This document shows positions 1 to 11,840 of a stretch of 64,000 nt of DNA, piece by piece; the first letter of the stretch is position 1, and every line of letters begins with the position of its first letter. The stretch is from positions 73,906,001-73,970,000 of the forward strand of contig NC_087437.1 in the NCBI RefSeq assembly GCF_036321535.1. Reading direction: 5' to 3'. This DNA comes from Camelus dromedarius (lineage: Eukaryota). The translations under genes and the position numbers were made by a program. The notes under the pieces were generated by a model. That model had not been told where the DNA came from and ran no database searches. It saw nothing but the letters and a program-made list of their open reading frames with translations.

Positions 1-344
1 CGTCACGCTGATAATAGAGCACCCTTCTGTCTAATCACAAAATTTCAAAACCAGAGGGTTAAGTAGAGGTGGATTTGTAGGCCTGGTCTGGCTTACTGCT
101 CTCCCACGTATATAAAAGGAACCAAGAAGCGTTAGGCAAGCAGTCCGCCTGAAATTAAGAACTCATTGAAAGTTACAATTTTCAGAAGGAAAGAAAAAAA
201 AGAACAGAAAAGCACTCTACTTTCCCACAATCAGGAATAGTTTAGTGGAAGTAATATTTAACAGAGAAAGTAACTTATATGTTACATATAAGTGTGAAAG
301 TAACTTGTGTATTAGAGCTATGTGAATTTATATATAACATTTGA

Positions 345-440
345 ATTCACCAGGCCTTCGTTTTTCAGTATGTAAATAGAGGCATTTGAAAATGAGACTC
401 TCCAAGATCCTTTTAACCACTCCCATTCTATTATTCCATG
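345..440 (+). mobile_element. MIR-family SINE fragment
   Basis: MIR core-like 'gtttttcagtatgtaaatagagg...ccaagatccttt...cattctattattc'. Confidence 0.45.
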
Positions 441-597
441 CAAAAGCTTGCCGTCCTTAATCAGGAGCTATTGTAGTCTCAGCAGGGTCTAGCCTCCTCG
501 CTCTTAAAGGAGGTGCCGATTTACGGTGCTGCTTCTACATCAAACCCATACAGTGGCTTCCTGATGTGTTTTTCTGTTAAAAGACTAACAGCATTAC

Positions 598-941
598 CAA
601 AGCGAGCTCTTTATCTGAGAATCTGAATCTATAGCTTTCAATAAATAAATCCATGAAACTTGGTAGCTGTTTCAGCATTAGTTTCCAATGTCACATAGCA
701 AGATCTGCTTCAGCACTTATTTTATACATGCCGTAAATCAGGTCTTCTAACCAGATAGTTTCCATCCAGAACATGTCTTGTTAGCATTATTCCTCTGCAC
801 AGTGCTCAAAATTTTCTTTTATCATGGCAAGGGTAAGAAAACGTTGCTTAGGTTCTGTTTATTTTCTGTCATAAATGTGCTGACAGATGTTATTTCAGTT
901 TGGCCATTTCCACAGCAAGAAAATATACATTTTAACACTGT
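598..941 (-). pseudogene. Possible pseudo-exon with frameshift
   Basis: ctgttctgtctag|ACA: 39 open phase-0 codons (TVLKCIFSCCGNG...); 3' part MFWMETIWLEDLIYGMYKISAEADLAM*HWKLMLKQLPSFMDLFIESYRFRFSDKELAL|gtaatg. Confidence 0.45.
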
Positions 942-1049
942 CTAGACAGAACAGTTGCTCCAGTTCAACACCAGAAGTGATCTAAGATGTATTGTCCAAG
1001 GTCTGACCTTATGTAGGTCTTCCCCTATAGACAGTATAATAGGACTTAA

Positions 1050-1275
1050 CCATCAGGCAACTTCTAGCATTCAAATCCCAGCTTTACTATTTCCTCCAGG
1101 TATAAAACTGTACACATTACCCAGTATCCCTGAGACTTCTCCCCTATTGTAAATCAGACTGATGTAAAAAATATATTAGCTAATTCATAAATTTCTGTGA
1201 GAGTTAAATGAGATAATAAAGTATTTGGCTCAGAATTAATATCTGTTGTCAATAAAAACGATACTGTTATTAATA
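1050..1275 (+). mobile_element. MIR fragment
   Basis: 'aaatcccagctttacta...tgtgagagttaaatgagataat' matches MIR motifs. Confidence 0.55.
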
Positions 1276-1642
1276 CAATATTACAGAAATTTGTCAATAA
1301 AAATGCATTTTGTTTCTGAAAATTGTCATCAACAGATGTGCCCCGTGTATAGAACAACGGTTTTTAGTACTCTTCAGTATCCTACTGGGGGCTACATAAT
1401 GAGATGCAGCTGCCTCAACTTTCCTTAGGCGAGTCCATGACATCTAGTACCTGGCTATTCAAAATTCCCTGGAGATCAGTCTAAATTACAAATTATGCTA
1501 ATTAGATCATCTTGCCAATGACAAGAATAAAGAAAGCTGATGATTATTACTAACAAACCACTACAGACTCTGAATGAAAATGGAAAAAAATTGACAAATA
1601 ATAGGGGTAGGTAAAAGTTTAGTATTGCTTCAGTAAATTTAC

Positions 1643-1807
1643 CTTAGATAAAGAATTCTTAGAGAATAATCCTTTGCAATTTATGCTGATGATTTCCAAA
1701 AACTTTGCTTCTGTACTTTCAAAAGAATTTTTTAAATCATGTAACTTCTAGTACATTTACAACTGACTTCTAAAGATTTGCATTTTAAATGTACATAGTT
1801 CCAAAGG
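1643..1807 (-). pseudogene. Pseudo-exon, 165 nt, phase 0-0
   Basis: ttttcaaaactttag|CCT...AAG|gtaaat; PLELCTFKMQIFRSQL*MY*KLHDLKNSFESTEAKFLEIISINCKGLFSKNSLSK; TAA at 1757-1759, TAG at 1748-1750. Confidence 0.65.
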
Positions 1808-2804
1808 CTAAAGTTTTGAAAACTGTTATATTGTTCTTCTAAATTAATTCAGTCCTCTAAACACTTAGCAAGTTCACATTGCCCTTGATTTGTTTTAAAT
1901 TACACAAACTGTTTTTTCTTAATCAGACAGAAATGTTAGTGTTCTTCCTCTTCTTGAACTCATATTTCAATTCCATGTTCAAACAGAATGTTACCTCTAA
2001 GTACTGTTTTTGATCACCCAACAATATTACTCTGTAGGAAAATTTTGTATGTTAACTAATCTTAATTTTTAAAGGTCTTGGTAATTATAAATTTCTGTTA
2101 TTTTTTTCTCTTTGAGCTATGTTACAATTATCACTAGTGCAGATTTATTCAAAATCATAATATACTCTAGATTTCTATTAGTAACAAATCTACACAGTAA
2201 ATTATTATTAGACATATATTTCTTATTAGTTTACTTATATATGAATAACTAATTATTGCTATACTGACACAGACTTTAATATCAAATTTATTCTAATTTT
2301 TCTATATACATATGAAAATTTATTCATATAAAAAAGTAAATGGAAACTTGAAGGTGGTTTTACAAAAACTGTCCCTTAATTCTTAAAATTCCTTTTCTGT
2401 TAAAGTTTGCACTGCGATCTAGCATAAAAAATAATTTGTAGTGGTCTATCATAATTAAGAACTATGCATCAGTTAAGTCTTCCTGCACTTTTTTTAGACA
2501 GCAAAGAATTCATAAACAATCTAGTTGTAGAAAATGATTCATTACACAGTCGTTAGATTTCTGGAAAGTAAACTAAAAATGTTTTCAAAAGTTGTCAAGT
2601 GACTAAATGGATTATAGTCTTTCACTTAGATATATCCTGTTTAATATGATATATACAAAAAGTTGTAAAAAATTAGAATAACAACAAATTTAAATATATT
2701 TTTGATAGTAGCTTTTTAATACCATGGTTCTATATTAATGTACACTTTAAGTGTACTTTGGAGCTTCAGACACAGCTGAGACAAGGATGTATGAGCGTAC
2801 TCAC

Positions 2805-3047
2805 AAAGCTTTTCCTTATACTCCAGAGTAATGCAAATGCAGAGTGGGGAGAAAATTGGTATTGCACTGCTTCTGGTATTTTGTATGTATATTCCCTTTG
2901 CTTTGCATATTCTTGTTCCCTTAATTCTTTACCAATAATCCAAGGTTGTGAAATAAAAATTAGTCATGCTGCCCAGTCTACAGGGTGTCTTAATTTATAA
3001 TATCCCAACATGAACCATAATACAGTTTCTAATAACCCACTTCCACC
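2805..3047 (-). pseudogene. Pseudo-exon, 243 nt, phase 0-0 (best preserved)
   Basis: atttatgtttag|GGT...TTT|gtgagt; 81 codons GGSGLLETVLWFMLGYYKLRHPVDWAA*LIFISQPWIIGKELREQEYAKQREYTYKIPEAVQYQFSPHSAFALLWSIRKSF, with one TGA at 2964-2966. Confidence 0.8.
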
Positions 3048-3348
3048 CTAAACATAAATATGTATGACTGAAAAAGACATAAAGCACCATGGTGCTTTAA
3101 TTAAAAGATATTTGACTGCCACTAATAATTTGAATTATTTATTAACGTGGTACGCTGAGATTTCTACACCCCCAAGTAGCCACAGTAAAACAGAGAATGA
3201 TGGAGAGGCAAAATTTTATGCAATGGAAAGAGTGATTATGAAAGGGAACATGGGATAGAAAAGGAAATACTTCATTGTTTATGGATGTGAAATAAATACA
3301 CAACAGAAAATTCAGAAGCTGAAAATTTGTTCTATTAAAACTGCCTAA

Positions 3349-6010
3349 GGGGACTTCTGGTTTCCAGTCCAGTGTGTCAGAGATGAGAAGTTGCCACTCC
3401 ATCCTAACAAGAAGCAAAAATCTGAACAAACTGAAAGATCAGTAACTATCTTAGATTCACCAGAGAAATGAGGCCACAGGGCAAACTTCTGCCCCCCATT
3501 GAGGGACAGACAGATGGACACAGAGAACTGCAGCTTACTGGAGCAGAAAGATCCACAGGAAGCAGTACTAGGAGAGGAAAATTCGAACTGTAAACAACGA
3601 GCTGCTAGAGGCTCAATGGACAACTCTGAGATCTGAAGACCCTGAGGGGCCAGCTATGAGGGAGATTGTGAAGTCTACCTCTAGGAGTTCTGCTAAGTGC
3701 TCACAGGGACTAACCAAGGAAATTTTCTAGGGCTTCCATCAGGGGGAGAAAAAAATAAACCATTTGACATACGCCGGAGCATTCTGTTAAAGGATTCTTA
3801 GGAGATCTGGCCTCAGGAGAAACTATTTTTCCTAGAGGCTAACCAGCTGGGGTTTTATTAAAGCCTAACCTACCTGGGGGGAGGGAAACACACACTCTCA
3901 CCCCCTCTAGCCATCCTGCCCACCTAAGGGGAGAGGCAACCAGGAAGCATCAGTAGAGTTCACAGTCCAGGAGCACGGGTTCACCAAAAGGCTGAGGTCC
4001 AACAGGACTGTAGAACACTTTTCTCTTCCCCCACACCCGACCATTACATTCCCAGAGACCCATTTACCACAATTCCTTTCATCTTGCACATCACACCTGC
4101 CTTTCAACAAGAAATTACACAGCATCCTAAAAGGCAAAAAAACGCAATTTGAAGAGATAAACAAGCACCAGAACCAGTCATATATGGCAGGAATATTGGA
4201 ATTAGCAGGCCAGGGATTTAAAAAACTGTCACTAATGTGCCAAGGACTTTCATGTATAAAGTAGACAACATGAAAAAACTTGGTGGATAATGTAAGCAGA
4301 GAGGTAGAAATTCTGAGAAAGAATCAAAAAGAAATGCTAGAATTCAAAAACACTGTAATGGACATGAGGAACGCCTTTGATGTGCTCATAAACAGACTGG
4401 AAACAGCTGAGGAAAGAACCTCTGAGCTTGAGGATGACAATAGAAACTCCCCAAAGTTGAAAAGCAAAGAGAAAAAAATAGAAAAAAAGAAACAGAATAT
4501 ACAAAAATAGGGGACAAGTATAAAACATATAAATTATGCATATAGAAAATTCCAGAGGAGAAGAAAGAGAAAAAATAAGCAATATTTGAAGCAATAATGA
4601 TTGAGAATTTCCCCCAAATTAATGTCAGACAGTAGAGCACAGATCCCAGAAGCTCAGGGAATATGAAGCAAGATAAATGTCATTAAACCTATATCTAGAC
4701 ATGTCATGTTCAACTCTCAAAAAATAAAAGATAAAGAAAAAATCTTGAGAGAAGTAAGAGGAAAAAATGCCTTACCTGTAGAGGAAGCAAGAATTACATT
4801 TGAATTCTCAAAAACCATGCAAACAAGAATAGAGTGGAGAGAAATCTTTGAAATGTTGAGAGAAAAAGAAAAACAACCTAGAATTCCGTACCCTGTGAAG
4901 TTGTACCTGTACCCTTCAAAGGTGAAAGAGAAGTAAAGATGTTCTCGAACAAAAATTGAAAGAATTTGTTGCCAGTAGACCTGCCTTGCTAGAAATGTTC
5001 AAAGAAGTTCTTCAGGGGGAAGGAGATGATATAGGTTAGAAACTTGAATCTACCTACCTATAAAGTAAGAGCATTAGAGAATAAATAAATGAAGGTAAAA
5101 TAAACCTTTTTGTTTTTCTCATTTTAATTGATAATAATTTACTTCAAATAATAGCAGCAACAATATATTCTATCGTCTCCCTCCCTTCCTCCCCCTGTGT
5201 ATGGTGTGTGTGTGTATATATATATATTTTATATATATATATATATATATGTGTATATATACACATGCACACACACACACACATACTTTTATACATACAG
5301 TTATACTATAATACATACATATGTTTATTTATATAAAAGAGAGATGAATTACAGTATGATGCAAGGGATGGTAGAGAGGAATTGGGACTAGTTCGTTATT
5401 GTAAGACTTTAAGCCACCCATGAGTGTTATTTGAAAGTGGACTTGGATTAGTTGTACATGTACATTGCAAACCCTAGAGCAACCAATAAACAAAATTTAA
5501 AAAGGCATAATTGATATGCTAAAAAATGACAAAAAATGAAATCACATAAAAAGCACAATTAAAACCACAAAAAAGAAAAAATATAGAAGACAAAAATAGG
5601 AACACAGCACAAGAGCAACAAATTGAAAACAGTAACAAACATGGTAGATATTAATTCAGCTCTATCAATGAACACCTTAAATGTCAATTGTCGAAATACA
5701 TCAATTAAAAGAGTGATTTTTAGAGTGAATCAAAAAACAAGATCTAACTATGAGCTGTTTACAAGATATCTATTAAATCTATCAGAAACGGACAGATCCT
5801 GCAAGCAAAAATCAGTAAGGACAGAGTTGAACTCAACAGTACCATCCATCAACTGGATATAATTGACATCTATAAACTATTTCATCCAACAACAGAATAC
5901 ACATTCTTTTTAAAGTCACATGGAACATTTATCTAAGACAGACAACAACAACATTCTGGGCCTTAAAAAACATCTTAACAAATTTAGAAGGATAAAAATC
6001 AAACAGTTTC
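3349..6010 (+). mobile_element. Old LINE-1 (L1MC-like): 5'UTR, ORF1 and start of ORF2, decayed
   Basis: ORF1 remnants (EILRKNQKEMLEFKNTVMDMRNAFDVLINRLETAEERTSELED; EWREIFEMLREK..QPRIPYPVKL) and endonuclease start (NTLNVN..NTSIKR). Confidence 0.9.
5196..5335. repeat. Compound (TG)n/(TA)n/(CA)n microsatellite
   Basis: Directly visible. Confidence 0.9.
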
Positions 6011-6014
6011 TAGA

Positions 6015-7560
6015 TAACACATGGGCCATTGAGGCAGTTCAAGCTGGCAACATAGAAAGACTCTCAACTACTCCCATAGACACAACAAATGCACAGTTAT
6101 ATATGGATCAGTTCCCTTGAAAAAGAACCTAAGAGTTAGCTGAACACCTGCTCCACAACAAAGGATAAAAAGGATGGCATCAGAAAAGGTCGGAGAAGCC
6201 TCTGGCGAGGCAGCACACAGTAAGGAGGGGCAACAGGTGCTTCTCCCAGGGAGGAAGGGGTTGGTGCCCCACATCGGGCACTCCGGCCCTGGGATCTGCT
6301 CTAGAGAGATGAGTCCTCAAAAATCTGGCTTAGAAAACACATGGGGCTTTTCAAGTGCTGTCATAAACTGAGAGTCCTCTTTTAAAGGGCTCACGTATGG
6401 TCTCATTTGCCCCAAGACCCAGTGAAACAATAACAGTTTGAAAAGTGCCAAGACTATGTGTGAAAGACAGTCATTTCTGGATCTGAAAGCCTCAGCTGAA
6501 AAGCTGGGGGATGGTGGAACTGCTCCTCGGAGTTGGAGGCACTGGCAGACGATACTGTTGTGCTCCCCACCTGACTTGCTAGCACTGGCGGCGGGTGAGC
6601 CTGGACGATGGGGTGACCAACCACATGGCTGAAGCTGAAACCTTAGACACTTGCAACGCTGTCCTGTTCCCCGGCTGGGGCTGGTGAGGGCAAGTGGGCA
6701 GGAAACGATCTCTCCGCCAGCCTAAAGCCAACTCTGACACCCCCTTGCTCTGGCTGGGGCTGGCGGACACAAGCAGTCGTGGCACTCTCCTGCTCCAGGC
6801 CTAGAGCCAGTGCAAGTGCACAAAAAAGCACTCGCGCCGCATGGCTGAAGATCATGGGCACAAGCAGTCAGACCATTTCCCCTGGCCCTCTTAATGCAAG
6901 AGAAGAAGCCCTGCCTCTTACACTCTCCAGATGCCTACTTAAATCCAGCAGACGCACACAATCTAGAAAGGGGACACCCCTTGACTGCCTGACCCCGATG
7001 TTCCTCAGCTTGACGGGACTGTAACAATCAGAAAGGCAGTTCTTAGCAGGCTACAACCATCAGGGCACTGCACAAACAGAAGACTGAAACAGGGGTTCCA
7101 GTCTTCCTATGGAAAGGGCTTGTTTACTTAGCCTGATGGACAGGCTTTAGGTTTCCCACACATCTAGAGCCTAAGGAGGTGTTTCCAGGAAATGTAAGCA
7201 AGGAGACAGCATCTTTGCACACATCTTTGACCTCTTTGCAAGACTCTCCAGAAAGGAACTTTATGCACTGTTAGGAGCCCTGAGTTTTGCAACTGTCACC
7301 TGAGGGAATCCTCCAGATATCCTGCCTGGAGGCTAGCAGATTAAAATTGTGGCCCCACAGGACTGTGTCTATCTGAATACTTCAGAAGCTGCTGCCTGAC
7401 AGTCTGGCTTCCAATCTGCCTGAAACTAGGTGCTAAATGGGTCTCCTTTCCTTGGAACACTGACAGGTCAGGTCTTGGGACACCCTCATCAACAGGGGCA
7501 TATCCAGAATAAATCAGGTGATACAGGCAAACACAAAGATTAAAGAGACAACCAAGAGCG
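6015..7560 (+). mobile_element. GC-richer insert, probably the 5'UTR of another old L1 subfamily
   Basis: Abrupt composition switch inside L1 ORF2; start resembles L1 5' ends ('ttcaagctggcaacatagaaagactc...gatcagttccc'). Confidence 0.55.
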
Positions 7561-7619
7561 AGGACAGGGTTGGAAAAGAATAACCATCCCCTACACAAGG
7601 CCACTTATTTAGGACTGAG

Positions 7620-8320
7620 GTGAATAGCAGGATGTGGATCAACAGGGACTGTCTTTCACTGCTGGTGGGAACGCAAAGTGTTATCATGATGTTGGAAGGC
7701 AGTTTAGCAGTTTCTTCTAAAACTAAAGATACTCTTACCATATGATCCAGAAATCACACTCTTTGGTATTTATTCATATGAACTGAAAAATTTTGTCGAC
7801 ACAAAAACCTCGTCCTTTAGTGGATGAGCAGATAAATAAGCTGTGGTACATTGAGGGAATGGGATATCACACAGCAACAAAAAGAAATAAGCTATCAAGC
7901 CATGAAAAGACATGGAGGAATCTTAAATTCATATTACTAAGTGAAAGATTCCAATCTGAAAAGGCTACACACTGTATGACTCCAGCTATTTGACATTCTG
8001 GATAAAGCAAAATGCAGACGTTAAAAGATTAGTAATGTCCAGTGGTTAGGCAGGAGAGACGAATGAATAGGCAGAGAACAGAGGATTTTTAAGGCAGTGA
8101 AACTATTCTGTATGAAACTACAATGGTGAATACTCATCATAATACACATGTTAAACCTATAGAATGTACACCACCAAGGTTGAACCCTAATGTAAACAAT
8201 GGACTTTGGCTGATAATGACATATTAGAATAATTTTATCCATTGTCACAAATGTAGCACTCTGGTGCCAGATATTGGTGAGAGGGGGGAGTTTGTGCAAG
8301 TGTGAGGACAGGGAGTGTAT
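7620..8320 (+). mobile_element. L1MC1/2-like ORF2 end and 3'UTR
   Basis: 'aagctatcaagccatgaaaagacatggaggaa', 'gaaccctaatgtaaacaatggactttgg'. Confidence 0.85.
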
Positions 8321-8699
8321 CTTAGAATATTTCCCTCACAGAATTATGCATTGCCCATGTTGAAGACTGCTAAACTATATTACAGAATATAATTCCAATT
8401 TTGCCTAGAGAGTCGAAGGCACATCTCTCTTGTGCCTGCTCTTTGAGGAATATGATGTGGTGGACTCATCAGAAGTAAGACTCAGCCCCTGCTTCAACTG
8501 AGAAACAATGACAAGAGCAGCTGTCCTGTACCCTATAGCATTTTCTGAATCTCCAGCATGGCTGTATGACTGTAGGAGTCCACGTAAGATAACTTGTGGA
8601 ATATCATGAAACCCATTGGCATGAGTTTGTAAAGGACTATAATTTTAAAGACAAAATGGAGCTAGAGAAGTAGTGTTTTCAGCTGTTATACATGAAAAA

Positions 8700-9430
8700 A
8701 AAAAATAGGGACAACAGAATTAGTTCAGAAAAGTTGCTAAATAAAGAACAACAAACTATAAGGAGGGGGAGCATTTTATTTCCATAGTTACCATATTGTA
8801 CTATTTAAAATGTCCAGTTTTGAACAAAAAAGTTATGAGACATACAAAGGAACAAGGAAGTGTGGCCCATACACAAGGAACAAGGCAATCAATAGAAACT
8901 GTCCCTGGTGAAGCCTGGATGTTGGACTTACTAGAAAAAGACTTTAAATCAGCTATTTAAAATATGTTAAAAAAACTAAAGGAATTCATGCCTAAAGAAC
9001 TAAATGAAAGTAGGAGAATGATTTATCATTATATACAGAGTATCAATAAAAATGTGTTATTTATAAAAAAACAACCAAACAGAAATTCAGAAGTTGAAAA
9101 GTACAGTGACTGAAATAGAGAATTCACTAGAGGGACTCGACAGCCGATTTCACAAAGCAAAAAAATCAGTGAACTTGAAAATAGGTCAGTTGAGATTATC
9201 CATTTAGAGGAAAGGGAAGAAAAAAGAGTGAAGGAAAGATGAGAGCCTCAGAGCCCCATGGGACATCGTGAAACATACCATCATACTAATGGAAGTCTCA
9301 GAAGACGATGAAAGAGAGAAGAGGGCAGAAAAAATATTTTTTTTAAATATTGAAAGTAATCCACACATCCAAAAGCTCATGAGCTCACAGTAGGGTAAAC
9401 TCACAGATCCACATCAAGACATGTCATAAA
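8700..9430 (+). mobile_element. Old L1M 5'UTR/ORF1 fragment
   Basis: 'aaattcagaagttgaaaagtacagtgactgaaatagagaattcactagagggactcgacagc' matches the L1 ORF1 coiled-coil region. Confidence 0.8.
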
Positions 9431-10047
9431 GATGATCTTCCAGGAAAAATTTATACTGCAGAGAATTATTTTAACTTCTAAAACTATTAATATATAAAGC
9501 TAGCTTTTTATGATGAAGGGTCTAAACACATATAATATACAACACAAAATGGTGCTGGTGGTTGTGGTACAGTATCAGAGCCAGAATTTAATTTTAAGAG
9601 TCATAACTTAACAGATATGATTAATTGTATGTTATTTAATTTCTTCATTTTTCTTTTCCTCCTTCCTATTCTTATCTGTTAAAGGAGGGATTAAAGTGAC
9701 AAGACAGATCTGAAAGAGGACGGGAAAAGGTCAACAGAATAGCAGCCACTTGCTCATGAAATTCCAGATGGAATTTCATCACCAAGAAATTGCAATTTAA
9801 ATACTGATGTTAAATGAGAAAATTCTGCATTCTTCTCTCAAGACACACTGTGACATTTACCATTACTTAATAGGTTTGGAAATGCGAGGTCAGCCTTAGA
9901 GAGAATGTTTATGCCATCCTTGGTACTCCCTTAAATATGAGTACTGTTAGATGAATATTGATTCCTGGGGTTGGGCTGCTGATTTTCAAAGTTATGGTTT
10001 TATTCCATAAGAATACGTGAACCAGGTACAAAATTCAAGAAACATTT

Positions 10048-10165
10048 GGGGGGGGGGTGGAGTGGGAGAAGTAATTAAGTTTTATTTATTTATTTAATGG
10101 AGGTACTGGGGATTGAACCCAGGACCTCTTGCATGCCCTCTACCACTGAACTATACCATCCCCAC
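10048..10165 (-). mobile_element. tRNA-derived SINE (resembles camelid Vic-type) with 12-bp TSD
   Basis: Minus strand shows A-box 'ggtatagttcagtgg' and B-box 'ggttcaatcc' with a (taaa)n tail; TSD caagaaacattt at 10036-10047 and 10166-10177. Confidence 0.9.
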
Positions 10166-11260
10166 CAAGAAACATTTTTTGAGCACTTACTATTTACTTC
10201 AGTATACAAGATAGAAAAAAACTGCTCTATTCTTACAAAGATTACATTCTAGTAGGGAAGACAAAATATAAACATTATTAGAGTAAACTAGGGAATTTCA
10301 GATGGAGACAAGTAGGACCGGATACATAATTTGTGGTATCCAGTGGAAAATGAATATGCCAGGCTCTTGTCCAAATATTAATAAAAATTTCAAGCTGAGC
10401 ATAAACCAAGTGAGAGACCATTCTAACCACTGGGCCCCATGTGATTACACAGATTACAAACCCATGGATTCAAATGTTCTAAAGAAAAGAATACAGGCTA
10501 GATGGGTTGGATAGAAGTAGGTAAGTGGGTTAGAAGATTGTTAAAGTTTTAGCAATTTAAATTACTTAAAAATACAACTCTATCCGAATAACTATATACT
10601 TGTTTGTTTTACAACATAAGTTATGTTATTTTTTTAAATGTAGCTAGCAAGACAGTTCAAATGTATGCTCTCATTAAATAATAAAAGGTGTAGTACTTTT
10701 ATGAAGGAATAAACTCAGCCTTTGAATTGAACAAGCTCTGATTGCCCTTTAAAAACCTAGTATTTGAAGTTGCTTTTGGGATGAAATAAGGTTCTCTTAA
10801 TACTTGGTCCCTAGCATGGTGCCAAGAATATAATAAAAACTTTAAAATGCTAATTATCATTAAAAGCCAAATGTTATTATTACTGCTTACTTTCTTACAG
10901 AGCTTTTCATTCACAGAAAAAGGTTCACTTTCTTCTACCAGTCTTTCTGTAGAGATGTGTTAATTATCTTGACTATTTATGACCACTCATCACACCCTTC
11001 CTGGCATTTAAAAGGAAAACAAAACATTGACAAAACAAACAAAAAGTCTGATTATGTTACCCATGTTTGCTTTTGGTAATTGATGATTACTGATATTGTA
11101 GAATTCTCACTTAATTACCAATAATTAGCTAGATTTTCTCTGAAAGAAGACTGTACTTGTTTACCTGTGGGAAACTTTCAAACTCTTGTTGGAGCTCTTG
11201 TCCTTTTATTACTTTGTTGTTCCCTCTCACATGTGATAAAAGGGAGGAAATATGATCTTT

Positions 11261-11738
11261 GTTTTTTTTTTCTTTCTAAGCATTTATTTGTTTTTTTTTT
11301 AAACTTTTTTTATTGATTTATAATCATTTTACAATGTTGTGTCAAATTCCAGTGTAGAGCACAATTTTTCAATTATACATGAACATATATATATTCATTG
11401 TCACATTCCTTTCTCTGTGAGCTACCGTAAGATCTTGTATATATTTCCCTGTGCTATACAGTATAAACTTGTTTATCTATTCTACAATTTTGAAACCCCA
11501 GTCTGTCTCTTCCCACCCCCCAGCCCCCTTGGCAACCACGTCTGTATTCTATGTCTATGAGTCTATTTCTGTTCTGTATTTATGCTTTGTTTGTTTGTTT
11601 GTTTTTGTTTTTCTTTTTAGATTCCACATATAAGCGATCTCATATGGTATTTTTCTTTCTCTTTCTGGCTTACTTCACTTAGAATGACATTCTCCAGGAG
11701 CATCCATGTTGCTGCAAATGGTGTTATGTTGTTGGTTT
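11261..11738 (-). mobile_element. Young 5'-truncated L1 3' end
   Basis: Poly(T), then 'ttacaatgttgtgtcaaattccagtgtagagcac...ttttagattccacatataag...catccatgttgctgcaaatgg'; flanking tgatcttt TSD. Confidence 0.9.
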
Positions 11739-11749
11739 TGATCTTTCTT

Positions 11750-11840
11750 TATATAGATGAAGTAGACATAGCTGTAGCTATAGATATAAATATGTCTTCT
11801 ACTGGGTCTGTTTCTTCTCTGTAGAACCCTGATTGATAAA
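11750..11840 (+). mobile_element. 3' remnant of the MLT2-type 5' LTR
   Basis: 'ctactgggtctgtttcttctctgtagaaccctgattgata', immediately followed by ERV-L internal sequence. Confidence 0.7.

Noticed and set aside
273..293. Perfect 10-bp-arm palindrome acttatatgt-t-acatataagt
   Set aside because: Short and AT-rich; no supporting RNA-gene context.
10095..10160. tRNA gene
   Set aside because: A/B boxes belong to a SINE with tail and TSD; no complete cloverleaf.
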